NCBI GenBank assembly: GCA_051294375.1
Contig: CM119265.1
Location: 28,743,359-28,807,358 of the forward strand
Source of the DNA: Paraspadella gotoi
Taxonomy: Eukaryota; Animalia; Chaetognatha
DNA length: 64,000 nucleotides
Reading direction: 5' to 3'
The notes beneath the pieces were generated by a model, which worked only from the letters and a program-made list of their open reading frames with translations, was not told the origin of the DNA and ran no database searches. The translations under genes and the position numbers were made by a program. Below, in pieces: positions 1 to 13,429 of the stretch (within the stretch, counting starts at the first letter, position 1; each line of letters begins with the position of its first letter).

Positions 1-1460
1 TTTGGGTTACGTAATTTGACGTCAGTGTCAGATTTTGTGGTTGACGACAATCTTTTGCAAAGTTTTTTTAATTGTATTTTAATTTTTTAATTGTTAATTG
101 TTATTTGTTAATTGGTTAATTGTAATTGTTTAATTTTGTAATTTAATTATTTTAATTTTAATTTTTAATTTTTAATTTTAATTTTTAATTTTTAATTTTA
201 ACTCTTAAATTAGTAAATTCTTGAATTTTAAATTTAGATTGTTTTGATATTTTAAAATGAATTAAAACCAGTTGACAATCCTCATCTTGACATCAAACAT
301 CTCCTCGATTATAAATTCTCTGCTGCGAAAATTGAAAGGGAAAGGATCGCGTCCTCACTTCGCGAGATGAACGGAATTCCTGATTTTATATTGATTTTGA
401 TGAGTGCATAGGAAGAGAGAGAGAGAGAGAGACAGGGGATGAGATAAGAGAGCAGAGACAAGAGGAGAGAGAGAAGAGAGAGAGGAGAGAGAGATGAGAT
501 GAGAGATGAGAGAGAGGAGACGGTTCCGTTTCCGCGGTTATTATTTCCGGTGGACGAGGAGATTGCGCACTCAGTAAAACCTCTTCCGCCTCGGACAATC
601 CCGCCATGCCACCCTTCTCTCCTTGTTAACACCCCGCGCCCGGCGCTTTGTCCTTCTGCTACCTGAGTTTTTAACACCCCTAAGACCCGTTGATTCTATT
701 TCACCACCTTCTCATTCACGCTCCCTTCTCATTACACTCTTAAACCTTTCCAATGCTTTTTTTTGTGTTCTTGTTGTTCGACCGATTTCCTCTCCATTTT
801 TAATTTTCTTTTACAAACCATCCTTCCACCCCGTAAAAACTCTGCTCTCTCTCTCTCTCCTCTCTCTCGTCTCTCTCTCTCTTCTCTCTCTCTCTCTCTC
901 TGCTCTCTTCTCCTCTCTCTCCTTACCCCCCCTCTCTCTCTCTCCTCCCAACCAAAAGAAATGGACGCTGGAATCGAAGAAAATACAAAAAAAAAATTAA
1001 TCTCGACCGAGAGCGTGACGAAGCGATAGTTTTCATTTGACCACGGTCACGTGACACCAAGACGTGGACAGGGCTCGAGCGCGGTGAGAGGTCCCGTTCG
1101 GCCCCCCATGGGGCAGCTGGCCGTGACAAAATCTGACTGGTTCCTGAATAGAAAATTCACGCCGTCTAGAATCACCCCGCCTCACACTTCGACGCCTTCA
1201 CAGTTCGCGTGAAGATGAGAGAAGTGAACTTTGTTATCATTCGCTCACCTCACTTTTTTTCATCTTAACTCGCTGCGAGAAACTCTTTAAGCTCACTTTT
1301 CGGTCGGTCGGGTCGCGTACTGTCTGTCTGTTGTTTCTGTCCCCTAACCCTTATTTGTTAAGACAAAAAAGAAGCGTCAAATCTAAGCAACATTTGTTGG
1401 TTTTTTAAATGAAAACGTATAAACAATAAAAGACGAGAGTTAAAATGCACGCACGCTCGT
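1..1460 (+). repeat. Segmental duplicate copy A (1-~280 matches 2344-2660; ~310-1460 matches ~4580-5750)
   Basis: Shared unique text such as 'ggttcctgaatagaaaattcacgccgtctagaatcacc' at ~1140 and ~5440, and 'acgtaatttgacgtcag' at ~9 and ~2367. The copies differ mostly by indels. Confidence 0.9.
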
Positions 1461-1670
1461 CGAAGAGTTTATGCTATAAGAAGGACTTTTGTACAACCAA
1501 AATGCAGATTTGAGTTCATCAGATTTTAGGGAACCCAAATTAGCTCGCTTACATATGGGAAATCATAAGGGATGAGAAAGTCACTCAGTGCGCCCAAGCA
1601 CAAATCTCTCTTCTTTTTTTTTTTTTTCTGAGGCTTTTAAGTTTTATTTGCCTAAATAATTTCGTGTGCA

Positions 1671-1890
1671 ATTGGTACAACCAATATAAAAATTATCCAT
1701 TTCATATAATAAATAAGCTATCTTGCCCCTGACTTTGGACAGGCTTTGGTGGTTTAAGGCCTCCATCACTCTTACAAGATAATGACATAGCAGGTCCCTG
1801 CAAGCTTTCAATCAAGGCTCTCGAACAGTCTCGTTTATTCAATCCCAGAGTACCTGGCTTCCCTAGCAATGAAGTATGTTTAAATTGTAT
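1671..1890 (-). mobile_element. Single 5'-truncated copy of the ~320-bp tandem repeat family (candidate retrozyme)
   Basis: 'attggtacaaccaatataaaaattatcc...cccagagtacctggcttcc' aligns with the units at 46125-47444. Confidence 0.85.
1719..1781 (-). ncRNA. Candidate twister ribozyme, circularly permuted (P5-like), with palindromic P1; cleanest copy in the window
   Basis: The minus strand reads TATCTTGT-AA-GAGT-GA-TGGA-GGCC-T-TAA-ACC-AC-CAAAG-CCTG-TCCA-AA-GT-CAGG-G-GCAAGATA. Closing stem TATCTTGT/GCAAGATA, P4 CCTG/CAGG, T1 TCCA/TGGA, T2 AC/GT; GA and UAA motifs present. P2 is imperfect. Confidence 0.65.
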
Positions 1891-2095
1891 GTGAAATGAG
1901 CTCTTAGTAGTTGAATAAAATTCATCGCACCACACTCGGCACACTTCTAACCACACGTGACTTCGATCACCCAACCACACAACGACTCACAATTCACAAT
2001 TCACGTTTTTGATCACGTGACTTTTCTCCCTTCAAAGCGACGACGATTTTCTCGAAGCTTTTGATCCTTTGACAAGAATTGGATGTCCCGCGTTG

Positions 2096-2126
<31 letters not shown>

Positions 2127-2446
2127 NNNNNNNNNNNNNNNNNNNNNNNNNNNNNNNNNNNNNNNNNNNNNNNNNNNNNNNNNNNNNNNNNNNNNNNNNN
2201 NNNNNNNNNNNNNNNNNNNNNNNNNNNNNNNNNNNNNNNNNNNNNNNNNNNNNNNNNNNNNNNNNNNNNNNNNNNNNNNNNNNNNNNNNNNNNNNNNNNN
2301 NNNNNNNNNNNNNNNNNNNNNNNNNNNNNNNNNNNNNNNNNNTTATTTGACGCCAAATCTTTGGTTGACGTAATTTGACGTCAGTCTCAGATTTTCTGGT
2401 TGACGTCAAATCTTTGACTGCAAAGTTTTTTTTAATTGTTAATTGT

Positions 2447-2596
2447 TAATTTTTAATTTTTAATTTTTAATTTTTAATTTTTAATTTTTAATTTTTAATT
2501 TTTAATTTTTAAATTTTAATTTTTAATTTTTAATTTTTAATTTTTAATTTTTAATTTTTAATTTTTAATTTTTAATTTTTAATTTTTAGTTTTTAA
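2447..2596. repeat. (TTTTAA)n hexanucleotide microsatellite (shorter copy at ~150-200)
   Basis: Direct reading of tandem ttttaa units. Confidence 0.95.
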
Positions 2597-4579
2597 CTCT
2601 AAATTATAAATTATTAAATTATAATTTTGTATATTTTAAAATGAATTAAAACATTGACAATCAGATCATTGCGATCTGAAACCATGCCAAACAGCGCTCC
2701 ACCGTACTGAAATGCGATGTCTTGTTACGACAACGTAAAATCTACGAACTTCAATAATTACCATCTTATCTTGATCTGCATATAGTTAGTATGAAGCTGT
2801 ACTTTCACTTTAAAAAACGGTAGTCATGCAAGTTATCTCCTTCTTATCAACTTATGAACCCTTCCGCAGGTCAAATTTCTAATGAGTTAAAAATGACGAG
2901 TAAGACCATGATTCATCTTCCAATGATTGTTTATTTTAATCGGCATTAAATGCGTATTTCTAGATATAAGTTATCTGTATTCGACGCAATGTTTTTAAAT
3001 GGTATAGATGCATTTTTAAAGATGCGAATTCCCTGCATAAAGAAATCTTTCACGTCATTTTAGACTTTACAATAAAAGTGTTTTAGGTTAGACGCCCACA
3101 TTATAGCTGATCTACAATTCATTTTTTATCTTAATACGCTTTCCGCGGATTCTTTTCTTCCACATCTCTCTTCTTCTCATTATCTTTATATTTTCCCTCT
3201 TCACTCTTATCCTCGCGCCGTAAGGACTTTTCTCCTACTCTGGTCCAGCTTGCCATTTTTTTGGCCCCTACGCGTGTTTTCTGACACTGCATGCACTATT
3301 CCCCTCACATTTTTTCTCTCCTCTCTCTCTTTCCCTTTTCTTTTCCCGACTCTTTTCTTTACCCAATTTTCCCATCTCATTTCCTACCTTGTTATTTGGT
3401 CTTCACTGATTTTTTCTAGCCCATTTGCCCTTCTTTTTTTTCGCCTTTCGCCACTGCTTCTTTTATTCTCTCCTCTTCTCTTCTTTGCTTTGTTTTGCGC
3501 ACTTGTCGTCTTCTATCTCCCTCTCTGCCTCACATACGTTATCTTTTATTGAGTTCGCTAATCATCATGATAGAATAATATATTAAAAATGTCCATTATT
3601 ATAGTTTAATAGAATAATACTAACTTGGTAGGCGCGTGATTTTTTTCTTTTCAATTTTGGGATTGCCTACGCAAATTTAGTAAAATCGACAGCCAGATTT
3701 TTGCGGAAAAAATTTTCCGCAAAATCTGTCGATTTTGGAGAAAAACAAAGGTCCTGACTGCTTCCAGTGGATTAAAACAGGAAGCGGTTTTTTTTTTTTA
3801 TTATATACAAAGGTCAGTAATGTACCGCTCATGGCTTTTAAAAACTCAATAAATGAGGTTGAAAATATTTTCTTTTCTCATTTTTTTAAAAAAGTCAAAA
3901 ATAAATGCAAGTCACAAAAAGTCACAGGATTAAAAAGAACGTGCTTTACAAAAATTATTGTGGCTGTAAAAACCAGAAAAGTTTTTTTGAATAATTTCTA
4001 TAAAGGTTGTTAAAAGCTTATTCATATAGGCTAATATTTTCTGATTAATTTCGAACCCAATTCTTGATTCTATTTTTGTTTAAGCAAATTATGGAATTAA
4101 AGACTGGAAACTCCACAACTTTTATGACCGACTTGTTAAGCCTTTAAAATTAAATTCATGAGGCAAAGCTATTAAATTGAATTTTAAGGCTAATAAATTT
4201 ACCACTGCATGAGGTAAAAGTGAAGATAAGTGAAAAAGAACGGATTTCGCATAAGTAAAATATTTAATTATCAACTTTTCCTTGGCATTCAAATGCAGAA
4301 CGCTCGTAATTAAAAATGGACACGAAAATGGACATAACCTAATTTTTTTTTGGCTAAAGTTGCTGAAAATGGTACTATTTTTACATCAATTAGATATACG
4401 GTGTGGAGATGTTTTACAAAGCGCAATCCTTCCTTTCAGCACTAAATTTTGGTGTTTGCTGGTTAACAAAGTTAATCAACATTGTAAGTAACAACTGAAT
4501 CAATAAGTGGAAAGGAGATCGTTTTTTCGCCTTAATGGCAACGTTTGATAACGCGGAAATCCCAAAATCTGCACTCATG

Positions 4580-5750
4580 CTAAAAATTCCATCAGCACGC
4601 GAAATTGAAAGAAAAGAAAATCAGAGTCAGTTCCACTCGCCGAGATGAAAGGCGGAAATCCTGAATTTTTACATTGAGTTGATGAGGTGCCCGAGAAGAG
4701 GAGAAGAGGAGAAGAGAGAGAGAGAAGAGATGAGAGGAGAGGAGAAGAGAGAGAGAGAGGAGAGAAGGAGACGAGAGTAGAAGGATCCGAGTTGACACGC
4801 TTTACCGCGGATTTTTTAGTTTCGCCGGTAGGACGATGTAGATTCAGCACTCAGTAGAGAACCTCTTTCCCTCTCGACAATCCGCGAATATGCCACCCTT
4901 TTGCTCTCCTTTAAGGAACACTCCGCTCCCGCCGCTTGCTCCTCTCTCACTACTTGATTTTAACAACCGCGCTAACACCCCTTGAATGTCTATTCACCCA
5001 CCTCGTGCTAAACACTCCCTTATTCTTCTCACTCGTCACATGACGACCGCTTTAAGTAGCCTTTCACAAATACCTTTTTTTTTGTTTTCGACGATTTCCC
5101 TTCCATATTTTACATTTAATTCTTTTTACAACCATTCCGTTCCACCAGTAAATCTCGTGCTCTCATCTCATCTCGCTCTCTCCTCTATCTCTCTCGGCTC
5201 ATCTCGTCTCTCTGCTCTCTCTCGTCTCTCTTCTCGCTCACTCGCTCTCTCTTCTCCTCATCTCTCTCCCTCGCAAGGCGTGAATCGGAATATGAAAAAA
5301 ATAAAAATATAACTCTCGACCGGAGAGCGTGAGCGGGTGAAGCAATTTCAATTGGCGCACGGGCGACGTGACACCAAGACGTGACAGGGCTCAGCGGTGA
5401 GAGTCCCCGTCGTGGCGCAGGGCCGTGACAACTGACCCGGTTCCTGAATAGAAAATTCACGCCGTCTAGAATCACCCGCCTCACACTTCGACGCTTCACA
5501 GTTCGCGTGAAGAGAGAGAAGTGAACTTTGATTCATTCGCTCACCTCACTTTTTTTCATCTTACTCGCGGAGAAACTCTTTAAGTCACTTTTCGGTCGGT
5601 CGGTCGGTATGTCTGTCTGTTGTTCTGTCCCCCTAACCCTTATTTGTTAAGACAAAAAAAGAAGCTCAAATCTAAGCAACATTTTTGTTTTTAAAGAAAA
5701 CTATAAACAATAAAAGACGAGATTAAAAATGCACGCAGCGCTCGTCGAAG
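4580..5750 (+). repeat. Segmental duplicate copy B of ~310-1460
   Basis: Colinear match ending at 'aaaatgcacgca(g)cgctcgtcgaaga'. Confidence 0.9.
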
Positions 5751-5902
5751 ATATATGGAAATATATATGGGATAAAAAAGTTACTGAGGCGCAACACAAT
5801 ATTAGAATTTCTGTTCTTATTTTTATACTCTATTCTATTCTATTCTCTTCTATTATATTCTATTCACTTAGTCTATCCTTTCTCTATTTTATTTTTATCT
5901 CT

Positions 5903-5939
<37 letters not shown>

Positions 5940-6744
5940 NNNNNNNNNNNNNNNNNNNNNNNNNNNNNNNNNNNNNNNNNNNNNNNNNNNNNNNNNNNNN
6001 NNNNNNNNNNNNNNNNNNNNNNNNNNNNNNNNNNNNNNNNNNNNNNNNNNNNNNNNNNNNNNNNNNNNNNNNNNNNNNNNNNNNNNNNNNNNNNNNNNNN
6101 NNNNNNNNNNNNNNNNNNNNNNNNNNNNNNNNNNNNNNNNNNNNNNNNNNNNNNNNNNNNNNNNNNNNNNNNNNNAAACTCCCTCTTCCTCTCTCTCCTC
6201 TCTTTCACTACTTCCTTTTCCTCTCTATTCTTGTTCTTTCTCTCCCTCCACATCCGTCACGTTCTCTCTCCCCTTCCCCTTCTTCACACCCCTCCCTCCC
6301 TCTCTCCCTCTTTCTCCCTCCCCTTCTTCCTCCCGAAAGAACGAATGTAAAAAGCGACGTAAAACTCGGATTTGATCGACGTAAAAACCGAATCACGTGA
6401 CGAATCGCGGGTGACTCATTCGTCTCTCTCTCTNNNNNNNNNNNNNNNNNNNNNNNNNNNNNNNNNNNNNNNNNNNNNNNNNNNNNNNNNNNNNNNNNNN
6501 NNNNNNNNNNNNNNNNNNNNNNNNNNNNNNNNNNNNNNNNNNNNNNNNNNNNNNNNNNNNNNNNNNNNNNNNNNNNNNNNNNNNNNNNNNNNNNNNNNNN
6601 NNNNNNNNNNNNNNNNNNNNNNNNNNNNNNNTCTCTATCCCTCCCTCCCCCACTTCGATCTAATCAGCATTTCAAAGGAGCCCAACGTGAAAATCGATAA
6701 AAGAGAAAAAAAGGTTGGGGGAGGAAGTTTGGAGAAAAGGGGAA

Positions 6745-6975
6745 AGAAAATGAGAGAAAAAGTTGTAAAAAATGGGGAGAAAATGAGAGAAAATTAAAGA
6801 AAATGAGAGAAAATGAAAGAATATGAAAGAAATTTTTTTGAGAAAATGGAGAAAAAAATGAAAGAAAATGGGAGTAAATGAAAGAAAATGAGAAAAAATG
6901 AAAGAAAATAAGAGAAAATGAAAGAACATGAGAAAAAATGAAAGAAAATGAGAGAAAATGAGGAAAAATGGAAAT
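6745..6975. repeat. Purine-rich ~10/20-bp minisatellite (gaaaatgaga / gaaaatgaaa)
   Basis: Tandem degenerate units visible directly. Confidence 0.85.
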
Positions 6976-7138
6976 AAAAGAGTAAAGTTGAGAATAAATT
7001 GGCGAAAGCAAGACACTTAATTTTACTTGAATTTTTACTTAGTAAATTCACAGATATTCTCCGAAATAAACATTTTACTTTCTCCTATTCACTCATACCA
7101 ATTTATGCAGGCTTAATCCAACAACTAATTCCCTTCGT

Positions 7139-7193
<55 letters not shown>

Positions 7194-7990
7194 CCCTTTC
7201 CCCCTATCCATCGCCCTCCATTCATCGTGAACTGAAAACCGAGTGACGCTTCACCGATAAACCCATCGCGTTCGCGTTCAAATCGCATTCACTCATCGCG
7301 TTCAACCATCGCGTTCACGGTCTCCTGTGATTGTGATTCGAGGATCACCATCCGGTCGTGACGAGGAAAATAGTCTCTTCACCAAGAAACACAATCAATA
7401 ATCATTTTCTTCATTATTTGTAAAATCGAATGATTCACAATTGGAATTCACCAATGTTGATTTGGCCCAGGTCATTTCAAGGTCAATCAAGGTCATTTCA
7501 AGGTCACTTGCTCTTTTCGTCCCATCACTTCACCATTTCTCTTCTGCGTGAAAAACTTCAAGCAAAAACGTGAATTTACTGGAAAAGATTGAGAAATGGC
7601 ATTCCCCACTTATTCAATATTTAGAGCCGTTGGGGAATGGAAAATCGAGATTGACGAATGGCGAAACTGGCATTTGTGAAAAATTGCTGAAAAATGACCA
7701 ATGGCATCAAAATTTGAGTAGGAGATGGAGACAAAGAGAAAGTAGGACATTATTAAAAGTAAAAGCGGACAAAGAGGACAAAGCTAAGATTCTGGACGAA
7801 TGAAGGGATAAAGAGGACAAAGTCGATGAAAATAAAAGTGAAGAGAACAAAGATAAAGATGACAAAGATAATTAGGACAAAGCTAATGGTGACAAAGAGA
7901 AATATGATAAAGACAAAGAGAACAACGATGATAAAGAAGACTCTGTCTATTGAATCAAGGGCGAAAGTTCGTCGCTCTCTCGGAGGGGAA

Positions 7991-8023
<33 letters not shown>

Positions 8024-8630
8024 TTCGCCGTTATGGTCCTCGATGAGAGATGACCAAAGATGAAGAGGAGAATGAGCGACATAAAAAGGCTCAGGTGCTT
8101 GTCCTTAGTGACTTTCGTCGTCGTCGTCGTCGTCGTCGTCAGCCCGTCACTCTCCTTATTAATTATTTCTTTCTTTCTTCAAACTTTGTCATCAAATTGG
8201 AAAAACAAATATTGGTTTAAGATCTCCATCAAGCTTAAAAGATAATGACATTACTGTTTCACTGTCAAGTTTATAAACTCAAAGAACGCTTGGCTTGCCT
8301 ATCATTGAAGTGATATAATCTATTTTTTACCTGTTATAACTAAATAATTTCTTTTTCTCAATCTTGTCATTATATTTTCTTTCCTCCTTTTTCATCTTCT
8401 CTCTGCTCATGAATGACAACTTCTGGTCAATCGCCTCATTTCTCCGACGTTTAAGTCCACCTCCGTCAAAACCAAAACGACAACAACAACAACATTTTTT
8501 TTTTAAATACGAATTCCAGTAAAAAATAAAGATGGCAGAAGGGGTGAGAGTCGTCGTTGTCGTCGTCGTTGTCATCGTCGTTGTCGTCGTCGTTGTCGTC
8601 GTCGTTGTCATCGTCGTTGTAATCGTCGTC
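7991..8630. repeat. Cluster of (GTC)n trinucleotide tracts (7991-8022, ~8116-8140, ~8550-8630)
   Basis: Direct reading. Confidence 0.9.
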
Positions 8631-9037
8631 TCCGATGATGCAAACGCCTGGCGTCACGAAACGCCTGTTTTTCATTCACATGTGTAGTTTGTCTCTCTCT
8701 TCTCTCTTCTCTCTCTCTCTTCTCTCTCTCTCTCCTTCTCTCTCTCAATATCTCTCGTGCTCTCTCTCTTTGCCATGGATTTTTTTCCTCCCGCACGAGC
8801 CGTTATTTTAATGTGACGGCCGTTTTTTTCGAGCCTTCTCTCTAGTTGGCAAAGGACGAGCGACGAACGACGAACGGACGCGACGACGAGACGCGACGAC
8901 GATCGAAAGTCGGTCACCTGGTGTAGTTTGGTCGCCTTAATTTTCGTCGCCAAAGAAGCTTGAGAGAAAGAGAGAGAGAGGAGAAGAGGAGAGAGGAGAG
9001 AGAAGGGAGAGAGAGAGAGACGAGATGAGGAGAAGAG

Positions 9038-9081
<44 letters not shown>

Positions 9082-9678
9082 TAAAAGTGGCAATTGATTT
9101 TTTTTTCAAATAGTTTCAAGACTAATTTTTGTTTTCAGTTTTGAAAAACCTTTCTTGAACTAGATTATCATTTTCATATTTTAATATTTATTTAAAAAAA
9201 ATTTAAATAATCTATCGTTTTAAAGTTATATAAATATATCCTTAACCTTTAATATATTTAATAATAATTGAAAATCTTGTATTTTTTACAAATTCAGTTA
9301 GAAGGTAAAAATGATTTATAAAGTTAAAATGGAATGGGTACTCCTCATTAGGGATGATTACAATTTGTAAGGCTACGTCTCAAGTTACGTCGCCCGACAT
9401 TCACGCATTGTGAAATACAGACAGACGGAGATATGCGAGTCACAGACGGACATCCAACGAGTCACGAGAAATATTTTGTTCCGGAATCAGATTCATGAAA
9501 AATTCACTTCTTTGTCTCTTTCATTCACCAAACGATTCTCTCTTCATTCATAACTTATTCGATTTTTTTTGGTCGTCCGACTTCATTTATTAATCATTCA
9601 TCTTTTCTCGTTCATAACTAATTCAGTTCAAATTGACGCCGAGAAAGACGAAAAAAAGAATTTTTCATTGAGGAATGA

Positions 9679-9752
9679 AGAAAAGAAAAGAAAAGAAAAG
9701 AAAAGAAAAGAAAAGAAAAGAAAAGAAAAGAAAAGAAAAGAAAAGAAAAGAA
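9679..9752. repeat. (AAAAG)n microsatellite followed by (AT)n at ~9780-9800
   Basis: Direct reading. Confidence 0.95.
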
Positions 9753-11289
9753 ATATCAAGAATAGAAGAATAATATAAATATATATATATATATATATAT
9801 AATAATAAACTTCTTTAAAAAAATATTCAATAGTTGAATAATTAATCGCTTTTTCTAAACTTTTCTTATTCCTTCGTGTCTCATAAAACACCTCTTAGTT
9901 ATTATTTTTTTTGTCTAATTCTTCTATTTATCNNNNNNNNNNNNNNNNNNNNNNNNNATTCCTTCGTCTGTCTCCATTAAAACACCTCCTTAAGTTATTA
10001 TTTTTTTGATACGTAATTCCTTTCTATTCGTTTATCTCTATCTTCATCCCCCTCCCTTCCTCCCTTCCTCCCTTCTTCCCTCACCTTCCTCCCTTCCTCA
10101 CCTCTATTCTCCTCCCCCTCCCTCCTCCTCCTGCTCGCGTTCCAATTCTCAGCCCAGACACAGTCAGCACGCAAACTTTTTCGTGCGGCTCCACCCCAAT
10201 GTTGTTCTTTCTTCTTCTTTTTTTCTCTCTTCCCCCTCTTATCCGTCCCTTTCGTATATCTTTCCTCCCTTTTCTTCCTCCACTATTCCTTCCCTTCCTC
10301 CCTTTTTCGCTTATTCATTGTCTCCCTTTTCCCTCCCCTATCCCGTCCCCTCTTTTTCCGTTCCTCCCTGTTTTTGCTACTTCATTCTATATTAGATGCA
10401 GCGAAACGTGCGCCTCGATGGTTACAACGCGATATACCAATCGCACCGCGTAAGATTTCGCGGTCGCCAGGATCTTAATCTTGACGCTCGGACAGTATTT
10501 CATCCATTCTCCTTGTTTCTAGGTGTTTTCAGGGCCATAAACTCTGAATATTATACAACCTTCATCTACTTCTTATTTTTTTCTTGTGATCCCTCCCACC
10601 GGTGGGGTCTTGGTTTTTGTTTTTCTTTTGTTTTTTTTTTTTTTTTTGCACTTATCCCCGAAATAGGTTTGCGGTGCTCTATTTTTCCGAAAAGTCTGTA
10701 CTCCATTCCCTCTTGTTTCCCTTTTCGCTATCCATTTGAATCATAAATCTTCCTTATACCCAAATATTATTCTCTGGATGTGCCTAATTCTTAACATCTC
10801 GCGTTTTGTAATCCAAATCCCTTACCTCTTAATCACTCTACATTCCCCTGAACCCCTACTCCTTCTCTTCAATACGTCTCTAACCCTTTCCAATTTTTAA
10901 TCTTTTACCTTTTATTGACATACATAAGGATTATTCTATGCCTTCGTGGATTAATCTTTGATTCTTTCTTCCGTCTGGCGTGACAGGAAGGTCCAAAAGG
11001 AGCGCCATTTTGTACAATTTGTTCTGGTCGCTAAAAAGATCGGACAAAGCGACGGCCGCCACTCTGGTCTTCCTACCTCTCCCTCTCTCTTCTGCTCCCT
11101 CTCCTCTCTCTCCTCGGCTACATACTCTCTCATCTCATCTCTCCTTCTGGACATCTCTCTCGTCTTATACATGCTGCTCTTCTCCTCATATTTCGTTCAA
11201 TATGTCTCTCTAGAAAATATCATTTAATAAAATCACTCTCTACTGAACGCAAAAATTACAATATCTACCATTTGACACACATGATTCGA

Positions 11290-11880
11290 TTATCTCCTCT
11301 TACAATCTCTGTCTCCCCTCCCATGTGTCACCTCTGTTCTCCTCGGACTCTCTCTCGTCGCCGTCATCCACCGCGCCATCCTCGCCACAATCCTTGTTCC
11401 GGGCCTCCGACTCACCCTTTCTCGCGTCCCTTTGGTCTCTCCTCACCTCCGTGCGAAAACGAGTCCGGGTGGTGAATTGTGCTTCTCCTTGTCTGGGCTG
11501 GAATGGTCTCTCTCATCGATCGTGCGTTCTTCTCACGACAAATTTCAGAACGTGTGACGGGATTAGCAGACATCCACGAGACGGCCATCAGTCCACTACA
11601 ATCCCTCTTTGTCTGTCTTTTCCCGTTCATGTTCGTCGTACTTAGGCCCGGCTGCCGTTCCGGTCGTCGTCGTCGTTTCTTTTGGTCATTTCTTCCCATT
11701 CCCGCGAACAAATTAAAAATTCCATTTCGTTGCGGATCAATTAAAAAACAACTTTTCTTTTTTATTTATTTCCTGTTTTTTTTATTTTTGTATAATCTGC
11801 GATTTGATGTATTTTTATTCATTTTAAGTACCCTCTTGCTCTAAAATAAAAAATTGTAGCTAGGAAGGGAGGAAAAGAGC
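11290..11880 (+). repeat. Noisy duplicate of 14187-14540
   Basis: Shared 'cccgcgaa..aaattccatttcgttgcgga..aaaaaacaacttttc' and 'cgagtc(c)gg..tga(a)ttgt'. This copy is inflated by insertions. Confidence 0.75.
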
Positions 11881-13429
11881 TCAGGAGAGGGTTGGCCAGT
11901 TATTGTGATATTAGATTGTTGTTTGAATATTATACAGTGGATTATCATACAACTATCGATCAAAGCATATTTTTCGCGTTACTTAAGAGCGACACTCTTA
12001 CATTTGGAATCCATAAAGCGGGAATTTTGACGCGCCATGACAAAGCAGCGTGACGCAGAACGGGTCAACCGCCGCACGAGCTAGTCCCTCGCTGAGGCCA
12101 GGCCCGGGAATCGCCGGGTCTTGCGAAACAGAGGCCAAACACTCAAAGCGCAAAATTCCCCTAGAAACAGTGGCATGAGGGCACTTAGGAAAAGAGAATA
12201 AGATTCATTACACCGCTAGAGAGGTAGGGAAACGTGAACGGGGTAAACGTAAGATGTGTGTTTTTTTTTTTATCGAATATTTAGGATATCGAGTAAATGG
12301 AGAGATAAATACAACTGATATGAAGTATATTAGGTTTTTTGATCAGGCTCTGGAGAAAATACAGACGAATAGTGGGAAAAATTCAATTTATTAGATTTAG
12401 TGCACGCAAGAGAATGGCACATCGTTTCTATGGTATCTCATGTCACTCGTCGCAGGATGAACAGAACTTAGTCCCACGTCGCGTATAGTTAACGTTAGCG
12501 CCACATTTTTTTATAGAAATCTTAAAGGTGTGAGTTTTGACCGATTTTCTATGTTCAATGACTTTTTAATGTCTGACCTACCACAGAGCTGGTCCATGTT
12601 GATTGTACATTTCTCAATTTCGCAATAAATCCCACCCACGACAGTGCCTGGATCTGACGGTTTACTCCCATAAATTCTGACGGTATTAGGGCTGTAGTTT
12701 GTTCCATGTTTTTTATTTTTAACTTATTAGCTTGTGATTATTTACTCTTTGCTGATCATTTATATCCTTATATCAATTCATATATTTTTTCTGAACTGAT
12801 AGAAAGCATTTGTTTGTTTTTCAGCAATCTACGTAAGACAAGGTTCAGTAACATTACTAAGTACGAAGATCAAGATATAAAAAAAAGATAAAGAAAATAA
12901 GTAATATTGAAAACACATAGTGATCTGCTTCACGCAAGTGTTCTTGGTCGGGACCGCCTCACTCGACATACATCAGAAGCATCTCGAAGAGTTCATCTTT
13001 TACCGACCTGTCGTCCTGGAACCGACTTCACCTGGCCTTATCTACGAGTTCTCGTCCTCAGCCGCAATCTGAATAGCACGACTTTATTTCACCCTGCAAA
13101 TACCGCTATTTCCTCCGAAATATTCGCCAAAAATAGTGAGAATGCCGGCTCAACGAGGTATAGTACCATATAATAACGCGATATTTACAAGACGTAACTT
13201 TTTTATCATCCAATTCCGCTTACCGTGACGACACACTCTCCCTCCACCTGTCAGTGAATCACTATAATCATCACCTTTCATAGTTCTATCCATTGCCATC
13301 AACTTTTATAAAAAAAATACGAACCAAGAACGTGCAAATTACGACTCTAAATTATATGAACAGATCCGCACACTCCGAATTATTGGACAGACAGTATGCC
13401 GCGGATCGCAAATCGACGATCACAACCGC

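Noticed and set aside
1702-1980. 92-aa ORF overlapping the repeat (…LIESLQGPAMSLSCKSDGGLKPPKP…), plus ORFs at 46219, 46891 and 47275
   Set aside because: No recognisable domain, and the frame is not preserved between units. The RNA structure explains the conservation better.
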